This document shows positions 44,998 through 54,109 of a stretch of DNA of 64,000 nt, in pieces. How positions within the stretch are numbered: position 1 is the first letter of the stretch; each line of letters starts with the position of its first letter. Below the pieces are notes generated by a model. The model was given only the letters and a program-made list of their open reading frames with translations, had not been told where the DNA came from and made no database searches. Origin of the DNA: an uncultured candidate division Zixibacteria bacterium (lineage in GTDB: Bacteria; Zixibacteria; MSB-5A5; RBG-16-43-9); contig OY970208.1 of assembly GCA_963713865.1 (NCBI GenBank), positions 455,922 through 519,921 on the forward strand. The letters run 5' to 3'. A program made the position numbers and the translations under genes.

Positions 44998-45866
44998 AAA
45001 TATCTCAAAACTAAATCTATATCCCCAGAGCCTTTGATCGGAATGGCTCCAATTCTAACCAGCTCATCTAAGTTTTTGCTCTCCTCTCTCATAACCGCAA
45101 AAAGGGATTTCCCCTGGTCAATAGCTTTTTTAGCCGCCTCCATTGTCCCCGAGATATTATCTTCAACTTCCACCACGATCACGGCTTGAGAAAGACCTAC
45201 GACTATCCGATTTCTTGCCATAAGCTGGCCTACATTTACCCGTGCATTCAGAGGATATTCAGTTAAAAGCGCACCGTTCTTGCTGATCTCAACTGATAGG
45301 TTAAGATTTTCCTTAGGATAGATATTATTCAAACCAAAACCTAAAACCGCATAGGTTTTTCCTTTTTTAGCGATTGCTCCCATATGTGCGCCAGTATCAA
45401 CTCCCCGGGCTAAACCACTTACTACTACACCATTTTTTTCGACCAGCTTTTTACCAATTTCAGTTGCATCCCTTATTCCTTCATAGCTGGCACGATGAGT
45501 GCCTACCACAGCTACAAATAAGCTATTAGCCAAAGGGAATTCTCCTTTAAAATAAAGCAAAGGTGGTGGGTCATCTATCTCTCTTAAACTTTGAGGGAAA
45601 TCGTCATCCAAAATGGTTTTTATACCTATCCCCTGTTCTTCCAAAAAAGATATATGCTCCTCGATCTCAACAAATCTTTCCTGAGATTCAAAGATCTCCT
45701 TAGCTTTCTCTGGCTTCATTCTTGGAAGTTTAGTAATCTCTTGTAGGGTGGCTTTGAAGATGTTCTCCGGAGAGCCAAAAGTTAAAAGTAACTGTTGAAA
45801 TCCCTTGGGACCAACCTTAGCTACTTCCCTTAATGCTATGATATATTTCCGATAGTCCATTTTCAT
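44994..45866 (-). CDS. dprA: DNA-processing protein DprA
   Basis: VAVVGTHRAS...VVSGLARGVDTGAH...AVLGFGLNNIYPKEN. Start set at MKMDYRKY, because the longer ORF N-terminus lies inside repeat copy D. Confidence 0.8.
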   Translation of the reverse strand: MKMDYRKYIIALREVAKVGPKGFQQLLLTFGSPENIFKATLQEITKLPRMKPEKAKEIFESQERFVEIEEHISFLEEQGIGIKTILDDDFPQSLREIDDPPPLLYFKGEFPLANSLFVAVVGTHRASYEGIRDATEIGKKLVEKNGVVVSGLARGVDTGAHMGAIAKKGKTYAVLGFGLNNIYPKENLNLSVEISKNGALLTEYPLNARVNVGQLMARNRIVVGLSQAVIVVEVEDNISGTMEAAKKAIDQGKSLFAVMREESKNLDELVRIGAIPIKGSGDIDLVLRYL

Positions 45867-45869
45867 ATT

Positions 45870-45942
45870 GGAGTATAAACCTTTAGATTTATCAAGATGT
45901 TCTCTTAAATTATTCGAAGGTAAAGCTGAAGCCTTACACTCC
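45870..45942. repeat. GGAGTGTAAAC...GCTTTACACTCC element, copy D (73 bp)
   Basis: GGAGTATAAACCTTTAGATTTAT...GGTAAAGCTGAAGCCTTACACTCC. Confidence 0.8.
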
Positions 45943-46041
45943 ACTTTATCTAATATAATTAGTTTTGGTTAAAGTCAAAACATAAACTTTTAAGAATTAA
46001 AAATTAAGTAAGAATCAAATTATTTCCTTGACAGATTTCGC

Positions 46042-46069
46042 TTGACTTCTTTTGGGAAAGTATTATAAT
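46042..46069 (+). promoter_or_regulatory. Sigma70-like promoter upstream of nikR
   Basis: TTGACT (46042-46047)-16 nt-TATAAT (46064-46069). Confidence 0.45.
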
Positions 46070-46101
46070 TTTTAAAATCGTGTTACTAAAGGAGAAAATT
46101 T

Positions 46102-46521
46102 ATGGACCAGACCATAAGATTCGGGATCTCTCTCCCCGAGAGTTTACTTTCCCGCTTTGACCGTTTAATCTCTTTCAGGGGTTATTCCAATCGCTCCGAG
46201 GCCATAAGGGACTTGATAAGAGAATATTTAGTGGAACGTGAATGGGAAATAGGAAAAAAAGAGACCGTGGGCACAGTGAACCTGGTCTACGATCATCATA
46301 AAAGGGAGATAGATAAGGTCTTAACTAACCTGCAACACCAGCATTGCGATTCTATAGTTTCAGCTATGCATATTCATTTAGACAGGAATAATTGTCTGGA
46401 GGTAGTGGTGGTGAGAGGGAAGTCAACCAGGATAAAAAAGATCGCAGACAAACTAATCAGCACAAAAGGGGTAAAATATGGAAAGCTAACTGCTGCAACC
46501 ATCGGAGAAAATTTAGCTTAA
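46102..46521 (+). CDS. nikR: Nickel-responsive regulator NikR (ribbon-helix-helix plus ACT-like metal-binding domain)
   Basis: [36 protein letters not shown]-terminus. C-domain His/Cys pattern DHHKREI...LQHQHCDS...HIHLD. Confidence 0.8.
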   Translation: MDQTIRFGISLPESLLSRFDRLISFRGYSNRSEAIRDLIREYLVEREWEIGKKETVGTVNLVYDHHKREIDKVLTNLQHQHCDSIVSAMHIHLDRNNCLEVVVVRGKSTRIKKIADKLISTKGVKYGKLTAATIGENLA

Positions 46522-46535
46522 GTGAGGAGATCGAG

Positions 46536-48344
46536 ATGAGAAAGATAATCGTATTCATTTTGGCGTTTCAGATCGTAGGTATAAAATATCTTTTAGCTGA
46601 GAGCAGATCTGATTCATTAAAGGTCTATTATCTGGAGGATGTGGTAGTCACCGCTAAAAGAACAGAATCGAAACTGAGAAATTGTTCAGCCAGCATAAGT
46701 TTTCTAAACAAGATTGATTTCGAGGGATCAAATTCCAACAATGCCATAGATGTTCTAGATTACCTTCCAGGTGTTTTTATTCAAAAGACTGGAGATTTCG
46801 GAAGAGCAGATATCAATATCCGAGGAATAGGGAGCCAGGGTAGAAGGGTTGCGGTTTTGATTGATGGCAAGCCAGAGAAGATGTCGCTTTTTGGATGTGC
46901 GGTTACCCATTCCCTGCCCTTGAGCAATGTGGAGAGGGTTGAGCTGGTAAGAGGCCCCTCCTCTGTTCTTTACGGTTCAGATGCCTTAGGTGGGGTGGTG
47001 AATATAATTACCAGAAAAGGAAAAGATGCACAAACAGATTATACTTTTTCCTATGGCTCGTTTGATACCTATGTAAATCTTCTTAGGGTAGGAGCTAATC
47101 TAAAGGATTTTGATTTCTACGCTACGGCGGATAAAAGAAAAAGCAGTGGACATGTTAAGAACTCAGGTTATGAAGGAGAGGAATATTCGCTAAACATGGG
47201 ATATCTGTTTTCAGAGAAACTCGATGGAGATTTCAGCGTAAGGTATTTTAAAGGATACAAGGAAGAGCCTCTACCCTCTGCTCCAGGAACCTGGAACGAT
47301 TACGAAAGAGCAGGAGCAAACCTTAATCTGGAGAACAAATTTTCACAGGATTGGAAAGGTGAACTCAGCCTCTATTCAAATTGGGGAGAGCATATCTTCT
47401 CTGATGGCTGGCATTCAAAAGATTTAACTTATGGATTGGATCTTCAGGTAAATGGAGAACCAAGGGGAAATAATAATCTGATAATCGGCTCTGAGTGGAA
47501 GCATCTGAATGGAAAAAGGCTGAGCCAGCCGGAAGGAAAATGGGATAGGGACCAGTTTTCGGTTTTCCTGCAGGATGAGCAATTGCTTCTACAAAAACTC
47601 CTTCTGAGTCTGGGAGAAAGGTATGACCATGACCAGCTCAGCGGGGATGACTTTTCAGCCCATTTAGGAATGGTATTATATTTTCGCAGCAGCACTTTGC
47701 TCCGCTTATCAGTAAACAAAGGATTCAGATATCCTCAGATAAATGAGCTCTACCTTTTCCCCTCTTCAAATGAGGAATTGAAATCGGAGGAAGTTTGGAA
47801 TTATGAAGCTGGAATAAATCAAAGACTTTTTTCCGGACTGAGCTTAGATTTTACCGGTTTTATAATGAAAGGAGAAAATCTGATTGAAGTGGGTGCAAAT
47901 CCATCACCTCCTCCAATGTATCTTCTTCAGAATATTGGTAAGTTTAATTTCGAAGGTGTAGAATCAGGAGTTCGACTCGAAGAGGATAAGCTGAATGGCC
48001 AGATCTACTATTCACACTTAGACCCAGAAGAGAAAACCCAAGGCAGGCCAGAGGATAAACTGAGTATGAAGATTAGGTTCTATTCATCTAAAAGCTCCTT
48101 ATCCTTAGACGGTCAGTATGTCTGGAACTATTATGCCAAGGATCATCATCAGGATAAAATAGATGAGTTTTTTGTATTGAATTCAAAGGCATCCTATAAA
48201 ATCTCAGGCTACCTTGAGCTCTTCGCAGGAGTGGAAAATATCTTGGATGAGTCATATCAGGTCTATGTTGACCTTCCAAGCGGCTCAGGTGTCTATCAAA
48301 TGCCCCAGAGGAACTTCTCGGTTGGTTTTAAAATAATCCATTAG
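46536..48344 (+). CDS. TonB-dependent outer-membrane receptor
   Basis: Signal peptide from ATG 46536 (RBS GTGAGGAG). Plug-domain motifs (VVVTAKRTE, GAVVNIITRKG-like GGVVNIITRKG) and a long beta-barrel. The ORF-track start 46392 overlaps nikR and is rejected. Confidence 0.8.
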   Translation: MRKIIVFILAFQIVGIKYLLAESRSDSLKVYYLEDVVVTAKRTESKLRNCSASISFLNKIDFEGSNSNNAIDVLDYLPGVFIQKTGDFGRADINIRGIGSQGRRVAVLIDGKPEKMSLFGCAVTHSLPLSNVERVELVRGPSSVLYGSDALGGVVNIITRKGKDAQTDYTFSYGSFDTYVNLLRVGANLKDFDFYATADKRKSSGHVKNSGYEGEEYSLNMGYLFSEKLDGDFSVRYFKGYKEEPLPSAPGTWNDYERAGANLNLENKFSQDWKGELSLYSNWGEHIFSDGWHSKDLTYGLDLQVNGEPRGNNNLIIGSEWKHLNGKRLSQPEGKWDRDQFSVFLQDEQLLLQKLLLSLGERYDHDQLSGDDFSAHLGMVLYFRSSTLLRLSVNKGFRYPQINELYLFPSSNEELKSEEVWNYEAGINQRLFSGLSLDFTGFIMKGENLIEVGANPSPPPMYLLQNIGKFNFEGVESGVRLEEDKLNGQIYYSHLDPEEKTQGRPEDKLSMKIRFYSSKSSLSLDGQYVWNYYAKDHHQDKIDEFFVLNSKASYKISGYLELFAGVENILDESYQVYVDLPSGSGVYQMPQRNFSVGFKIIH

Positions 48345-49453
48345 AATCCAAGACTCACTAATTGCTTGTAATCTTGAAATTCATTTATTTGCAACAAACC
48401 TTTTCTATTGCGGTATGTAAACTTCGTCTCAAAGATAGATGAATCTAAAAACAATCTATCCAGTATCTCCTGAGCCATCTTCCCCTCAGCTATTTTAGGA
48501 GAACGGGGAAAGGTTACCAGCTCGATCGGGATTATCTCCGCCCGGATGAGTTTTTTCTCCCTCAGGGTGACTTTCAATATTATGCTCTGGTTGTTTTTCA
48601 AATCTTTCTGGTCAAATATAAAATTTCCCAGACTATAGGCAATTAGTTTCCCCTTGTATAATTCTATCCCCTGAAAAGTATGAGGATGATGACCTACTAC
48701 TATATCTGCACCGCAGTCGATTACCATATGAGCTAAGCTTTTCTGATATTCTGCCGGAAAATCGTCATACTCGATCCCCCAGTGAAAAGAGACCACAATT
48801 AGATCCGCATTCTTTTTCGCTTTTTCTATATCTTCGATTATCCAGGAGGACTTAATTTTTGCCACACCGGGATTTTTTTTACCCGCATAGATTGCACCGG
48901 GAGACAAATCGTAACCCAGAAAAGCAATTTTCAAATCACCTAAATCAAACACAGCAGGTTCTCTGGCATCTTTGATATTTTCCCCTGCGCCGATACTCTT
49001 AATATTATTCTCTTGTAAAAGTTTGAGTGTCTCCATAAAAGCTTTTACACCATAATCGTAGGAGTGATTATTAGCTAAATTTAACACATCAAATCCGGCA
49101 TAAGTCAGACCTTTTATCGATTCAGGATTTCCCCGGAATGCATAGATCTGGTCTCCTTTCATCCCTCTTTTGGAAAGGGGAGATTCTAAATTGCCAAAGG
49201 CGATCTCAGCCGAATTGATTATTTCAGCGATATTTTTAAAAGGATAAAGGTAACCTCTCTCTTTTATCATCAAATCTACACCCCGGGAGAGCATAATATC
49301 CCCAACTAAAATTAAATTATGTTCTCGGGGAAGAAAGATATTTTCCCTGGCAGAGGAAATTTCTATCCGGGGGTTGAAAGGTGAGAGAAAAAAGAATAAG
49401 AGGAAAAACGAGAAGATAAAAAAACATTTAAATCGATGGTCTGAAAAAATCAT
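48341..49453 (-). CDS. capA: CapA-family (PGA_cap) metallophosphatase-like protein
   Basis: VGDIMLSRGV, GNLESPL, NLANNHSYDYG and GHHPH. Confidence 0.7.
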   Translation of the reverse strand: MIFSDHRFKCFFIFSFFLLFFFLSPFNPRIEISSARENIFLPREHNLILVGDIMLSRGVDLMIKERGYLYPFKNIAEIINSAEIAFGNLESPLSKRGMKGDQIYAFRGNPESIKGLTYAGFDVLNLANNHSYDYGVKAFMETLKLLQENNIKSIGAGENIKDAREPAVFDLGDLKIAFLGYDLSPGAIYAGKKNPGVAKIKSSWIIEDIEKAKKNADLIVVSFHWGIEYDDFPAEYQKSLAHMVIDCGADIVVGHHPHTFQGIELYKGKLIAYSLGNFIFDQKDLKNNQSIILKVTLREKKLIRAEIIPIELVTFPRSPKIAEGKMAQEILDRLFLDSSIFETKFTYRNRKGLLQINEFQDYKQLVSLGF

Positions 49454-49463
49454 TTTAGATTTT

Positions 49464-49535
49464 TACCCACCTTGAGGGCGACGTGGGTATACCGATAAGT
49501 TAGGGACAGAATCCATCTAAGGTGGATTCTGTCCC
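49464..49535. repeat. REP-like hairpin pair
   Basis: TACCCAC...GTGGGTA (49464-49489) and GGGACAGAATCCATCTAAGGTGGATTCTGTCCC (49503-49535). The latter is nearly identical to 22756-22787. Confidence 0.75.
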
Positions 49536-49604
49536 AACAAATCTCCTATTTATATCTTTTTGTATCAATATATCTAAGTAGAGCCTCGGTTGTATCCCAA
49601 GATT

Positions 49605-50846
49605 TTATTCTACAGAAGCAAAAAAAGTCTCTCCAGTCAAAAGCTCCAGGGCATACAGAAGATTTTCGCTTTTGGTTTTGAAATCAGAAAGATAGATTTT
49701 TTTTACAGGTTCGGCTGAAGGGAAGTTCATCTTCAAAGGATTCACATACCTCCCACCCATTTTACATCTATAATCTAAATGGGGACCTGTTGCCAGACCT
49801 GTGGCACCAACCCGACCGATCATCTCTCCCTGTCTGACCCTTTCCCCTTTTCTTACCCTTTCTGCAAAAGCGGAAAGGTGGCCGTAGGAAGTTATCAGTC
49901 CGTTTGAATGTTTTATCTCCACGGTTTTGCCCAGCCCTTTTTTCCAGCCGGCAGAGATTATTACCCCGTCTGCAGATGAGACCACTGGCGTACCGTAGGG
50001 TGCTGCGTAATCTACCCCGTAGTGAGGTCTGTAAGTTTTGAATACCGGATGAAGCCGGGAAAAAGAAAACCTTGAGGATATTCGCCGATAATTCAAGGGG
50101 GATTTTAAAAAGGCTTTTCGTAAAGACTTGCCCTTTAAATCATAATAATCTTTGTGTCCCGAACGATCCTGATATAAAACAGCATCATATTTCGTTCCCG
50201 AAGCTTCGTATTCCGCGGCCAGGATCTCGCCATAACTTACGAACTTCCCCTCCCTCTCGAACATTTCATAAATTAATTTAAACTTATCCCCTGGCTGGGG
50301 CTCGTTCAAGAAGTCTATCTGCCAAGCGAAGATATCGGAGAATTTCATTATCAGTTCCGGGTTTTCCCCCTTTCCTTTTATCTCATCCCAGAGGGAACTT
50401 TTTATTTCCCCTTCTAAGCCCTTTACGATCCGGGTGAGTTTAACTGGCACAGAATAGGCAACCAGGTCTCCTTCTTTGTTCACAACCTTATATTTCTCCA
50501 GAAACCCCTTCTGATATTCGAAAGAGAGAAGGGAATGGTCAGCAGTAACCAGGAGGGTGAAAAAATCACCGGGCTTACATTTTCTTAAATCCAAAACTTT
50601 TGAAAGAGATCGAGTCAGATCAGAAATTACTTCTGCGGGAAGCCCTTTCTTAAAAAGGGAAAAGGCTAAAGTTTGATTCCTCTCGATTGTCCCGGAAGTT
50701 ATACATCCGAGGGCAAGGTCTGAGGAGAAAACTTTTTTCTCTTCTGCTGTGGGAAGCATACAGGATTTGGTGAAAATTAGATTGAGAAGATAGAATAGTC
50801 CAGCAGAGAAAACCAAGCTTCTTATAATTTTTATGACTTTTTTCAA
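49605..50846 (-). CDS. M23-family metallopeptidase
   Basis: HYGVDYAAPYGTPV...SYGHLS...TGPHLDY. Confidence 0.85.
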   Translation of the reverse strand: MKKVIKIIRSLVFSAGLFYLLNLIFTKSCMLPTAEEKKVFSSDLALGCITSGTIERNQTLAFSLFKKGLPAEVISDLTRSLSKVLDLRKCKPGDFFTLLVTADHSLLSFEYQKGFLEKYKVVNKEGDLVAYSVPVKLTRIVKGLEGEIKSSLWDEIKGKGENPELIMKFSDIFAWQIDFLNEPQPGDKFKLIYEMFEREGKFVSYGEILAAEYEASGTKYDAVLYQDRSGHKDYYDLKGKSLRKAFLKSPLNYRRISSRFSFSRLHPVFKTYRPHYGVDYAAPYGTPVVSSADGVIISAGWKKGLGKTVEIKHSNGLITSYGHLSAFAERVRKGERVRQGEMIGRVGATGLATGPHLDYRCKMGGRYVNPLKMNFPSAEPVKKIYLSDFKTKSENLLYALELLTGETFFASVE

Positions 50847-50882
50847 AACCGCTCCTTTTATCCTACGGATCCGTTCTCGGAT

Positions 50883-52373
50883 CTAAAAAACCTCTGCTGA
50901 GAATATATAGATTTCCGTATCCTTATCCTTCCAGCAGTCTTTATCATAAATACCAGCTTTAAAGCAGGTCTGTTCCAGAAAAGTTTTCCGGTCCCAGTTA
51001 TTTTCCGTGGCAACCTGGGGTAAAAGCAGGCCGGAGTTATAACCTTTCCGAATCAGAATCCCGTGTATTCCAACCTGGATTTGATTCACATCCGTAATCT
51101 TTTTCAAGGGGGTTAAGGCCGAGATCTCTATCTCCAAGTCTTTTAACTCTTCTTTAGTAACAGGAGAAAACCTCGGGTCGCTCAAAGCAGCGGCTTCTGC
51201 CATCTCCTGAACTGTTTGATAAAGCGGTTTAACCGCCTGAATATATCCGATACATCCTCTTAGCATCCCCTGTTTTTTTATGGTTACAAAAGCACCGCGA
51301 TTTTCTTTGAGTATTTGCGAAGTTACATTATATTCAGGGCATTTTATGCCTTTTACCTTGCAATCTATTGTCTCTTTAGCAATCCTGAGCAATAAAGCCT
51401 TATCCTTATTTGAAAGTCCAGATTCTGCTTTATTTTTCTCATCTTCTTTTTCAGACCTGGTCTTTGAAGAATTACCTGGATTTTTCTTGGTGTCGACTTT
51501 GACCTTGGGGCCATAGAAAACTGCTGACATATATCCTACTACCTGTGATTCATCTCCGGTTACATCTCCAGAATTAGCATATTTGACAACTTTTGATTGG
51601 TTAGCTCCTAACTCCTGGGCTGCGATCATAGTCGCTATAATAGGACCTCCACCACAGGCTTCACAACGGTCAGAAGAAAGATCCTCGAATAATGCCTTGG
51701 GATTAAAGGAGCTTACATCCTTTATTACCACGCTGTCTAATCTAATCGCTTCCGCATAAGGATGATAATGGGAAAGGTCTGAACTGGCAACGATCAAGGC
51801 ATCTTTATCTTTTAGAACTTTCCCTAAAGCTTTGCCTAACGCCTCATAGGTTTCATAGCTATTCTCTGGACCAAGGACTATAGGGATAAGATTAAATTTC
51901 CCCAGGACTATCTGCAGAAAAGGTAATTGAACCTCTAAGGCATGCTCTGCTCTTGTACCGGAGGAGGTATGCCCTACCTCTGAGAGATAAATCCTGTTAT
52001 CCATTTTAGAAAGCTCCAAAGCCAACTCCTTATCCACTGAGATTGTCCCCAGGGGAGTCTGGTAAGCTTTTCCGTTGTAGATTGAAGCACCTTGAAAATA
52101 AGCTGAATGGGAAGGGGAGATGACAACTACTGTCTGGTATTTTAAACCTTCTAACGTTTTATAACCATAGGCTGCTACCTGCCCGGAATAAAAATAGCCG
52201 GCGTGAGGTGAGATCAAGGCAACTATTTTTCCGGGGAACTCTTCTTTTTTTGCCTTATTATAATAATCGGCAATCTCTTTGGTCAACTTTACGGGGTCCG
52301 AAGGATAAAAACCTGTTGGACCGGCCCAGGCTGGTTTCCTTACCTCCTCCGTTTGAACTCCTTCTTTTTTCAT
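50883..52373 (-). CDS. Fusion of Memo-like (AmmeMemoRadiSam system protein B) and AMMECR1 (protein A) domains
   Basis: N-half GFYPSDP...ISPHAGYFYSG (Memo). C-half NRGAFVTIKKQGMLRGCIGY...DPRF (AMMECR1). Start set at ATG 52373 with GGAGGG 7 nt upstream. The longer ORF-track N-terminus is rejected. Confidence 0.75.
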   Translation of the reverse strand: MKKEGVQTEEVRKPAWAGPTGFYPSDPVKLTKEIADYYNKAKKEEFPGKIVALISPHAGYFYSGQVAAYGYKTLEGLKYQTVVVISPSHSAYFQGASIYNGKAYQTPLGTISVDKELALELSKMDNRIYLSEVGHTSSGTRAEHALEVQLPFLQIVLGKFNLIPIVLGPENSYETYEALGKALGKVLKDKDALIVASSDLSHYHPYAEAIRLDSVVIKDVSSFNPKALFEDLSSDRCEACGGGPIIATMIAAQELGANQSKVVKYANSGDVTGDESQVVGYMSAVFYGPKVKVDTKKNPGNSSKTRSEKEDEKNKAESGLSNKDKALLLRIAKETIDCKVKGIKCPEYNVTSQILKENRGAFVTIKKQGMLRGCIGYIQAVKPLYQTVQEMAEAAALSDPRFSPVTKEELKDLEIEISALTPLKKITDVNQIQVGIHGILIRKGYNSGLLLPQVATENNWDRKTFLEQTCFKAGIYDKDCWKDKDTEIYIFSAEVF

Positions 52374-52498
52374 AATATTACCCTCCGCCTTAAGGTGAGA
52401 GAAACCCTTAAAGCAAAACATAAAAATAGATAAAATCACAAAAATCCAAGAGAAATTTTTTAACGTTCTCATAAATTTAAAATTTATTTGCAAGCATT

Positions 52499-52559
52499 GA
52501 AGTGTCAACCTTTAGGTTTACTTTTTTTAAGAATTGGTAAAGCTAAAGCTTTACACTCC
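52499..52559. repeat. GGAGTGTAAAC...GCTTTACACTCC element, copy E (61 bp, degenerate left end)
   Basis: GAAGTGTCAACCTTTAGGTTTAC...GGTAAAGCTAAAGCTTTACACTCC. Confidence 0.75.
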
Positions 52560-52589
52560 ATTGGCATCCGTATGGATGGACTTCAAAGA

Positions 52590-53279
52590 TTACATCAAAT
52601 TCCTTTCCCTCAAACTCACATAACTTTCATTCCCGATGATTATATGGTCTAAGACATCTATCTCCATAAGTTTCCCGACCTCTACTATTCTACGGGTAAC
52701 TGTCAGGTCATCCTCAGAGGGTTCCGGTTCGCCAGAAGGGTGATTATGCGCTAAAATCAAAGCAGCAGCTCCATATTCGATTGCCGGGCGGAAAACTTCT
52801 CTGGGTTGAACAATATTAAAAGTCAAACTACCGATGGAGATAACCTCATCGTGGATTAAGCGGTTCCTGATATTTAAGTATAATCCCCGGAAGTGCTCCT
52901 TCTGCAGTTTTCTCATCTCCTCTAAATATTTATAAACGTCTTCCGGTGTTCTTATAGTAGGAATCCTCCCTTTATCCTCAAGGAAGAATCTCCTGCCCAG
53001 TTCAAAAGTGGCAACAATCTGGCAAGCTTTTACCTGAGGAATCCCTAAGGTATTCATCAACCTGCCTACATCTTTTTCCTGGGCAATCGCTTTAGAGCCA
53101 TAGTCTTTGATTATCCTCTCAGATAACTCGATTACATTTAAGCCCTTATATCCGGTGTTCAAAATAATAGATAGAAGCTCACTATTCCTCAGAATATCCG
53201 GACCATATTTTATTAACTTTTCCCTGGGTTTCTGATCCTCGGGTAGCTCTTTTATCCTGATCTGGTAATTATCTTCCAT
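52590..53279 (-). CDS. radC: RadC-family (JAB/MPN domain) protein
   Basis: HhH-like N-terminus (ELLSIIL). JAMM motif LILAHNHPSGEPEPSEDD. Confidence 0.8.
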   Translation of the reverse strand: MEDNYQIRIKELPEDQKPREKLIKYGPDILRNSELLSIILNTGYKGLNVIELSERIIKDYGSKAIAQEKDVGRLMNTLGIPQVKACQIVATFELGRRFFLEDKGRIPTIRTPEDVYKYLEEMRKLQKEHFRGLYLNIRNRLIHDEVISIGSLTFNIVQPREVFRPAIEYGAAALILAHNHPSGEPEPSEDDLTVTRRIVEVGKLMEIDVLDHIIIGNESYVSLRERNLM

Positions 53280-53546
53280 GACTATATCTTTTTGCAAAAC
53301 TGGACTAATCTAATGAAAGATTTGGTAAAAGGAAAGAAAAAAAATAATAAAATACCTAATGACAAATATCGGATGACGGATAAAAAAATAAAGAAAAGAC
53401 ATGAACATGATAAGGTTTTCGTGAGCGTAGAGAAAATGGAGTGCAAGAGCTTGCTCTTGCATTTTTAAAGAGATATTAGCTTTGATGATATAAAATTGCT
53501 TGATGAATCAAGCCCCCTACAAAAAATCCTATCATTTTACATCTAC

Positions 53547-53606
53547 AAATCTATTGAATATGTTGCCCGCAAAAAGGGGAAGATCGATCAGGTGATTAAT
53601 TATTAG
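53547..53606 (+). repeat. Orphan copy of the last 60 bp (including the stop codon) of the ABC-2 permease gene at 62486-62545
   Basis: AAATCTATTGAATATGTTGCCCGCAAAAAGGGGAAGATCGATCAGGTGATTAATTATTAG equals the reverse complement of 62486-62545 with one mismatch. Immediately followed by a REP hairpin. Confidence 0.85.
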
Positions 53607-53751
53607 TGTAGGGGCGAGGTTTCCTCGCCCTCTTTAAAAGTGGAACAGACATCTCTACGAGCCGTAATGCTTTTATCGGCTTGTTTGTTCCCTAAGATCA
53701 GGCCCTAACACGGGTCTGTAGGACAAGATGCCTGACCCACCGTGGAGCGAC
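53607..53751. repeat. REP hairpin plus 111-bp composite repeat, left copy flanking the FG-GAP gene
   Basis: TGTAGGGGCGAGGTTTCCTCGCCCT followed by 53641-53751, which matches 56063-56173 in the same orientation at about 95%. Confidence 0.85.
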
Positions 53752-54109
53752 CCTTCAAAGGCTCGCCAAAAATGTAGCGGAGGTCTTTAGACCTCCATAA
53801 TAAAATGAAAGTTCGTAGCGTCAGGGTTTATCCCGGACGTTTTTTTGTTTTTCGTATGACACTTCTCTCAATAACAGGATAAGCCATATTAATTTTGTAC
53901 TAAGAAATTTTTTATCCTATAAAAATCCAATTTTTTTCTTGACAATATTAGAAGCAATTTATTATCCTGAGATTAGGAATAAGTAAATCTTAGATAAATA
54001 GTTAACGGACACACCTCTTTAAATCCCCTAAAGGGATCCGTAGGAGAGGTAAAAGTGTCTAAACCATAAACCTTTTCCGCCAAAGGCGGGAAAACCACAG
54101 GAGGTCAAA

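Noticed and set aside
46392-46535. The long N-terminal extension of the TonB-receptor ORF, which overlaps nikR by 130 nt.
   Set aside because: The extension has no signal peptide. ATG 46536 follows a good RBS and starts a typical signal sequence (MRKIIVFILAFQ).
52374-52508. A signal-peptide-like N-terminus (MRTLKNFSWIFVILSIFMFCF) that would make the Memo-AMMECR1 fusion an exported protein.
   Set aside because: This stretch overlaps repeat copy E. The internal ATG 52373 has a strong GGAGGG RBS at 7 nt. Memo and AMMECR1 proteins are cytoplasmic.
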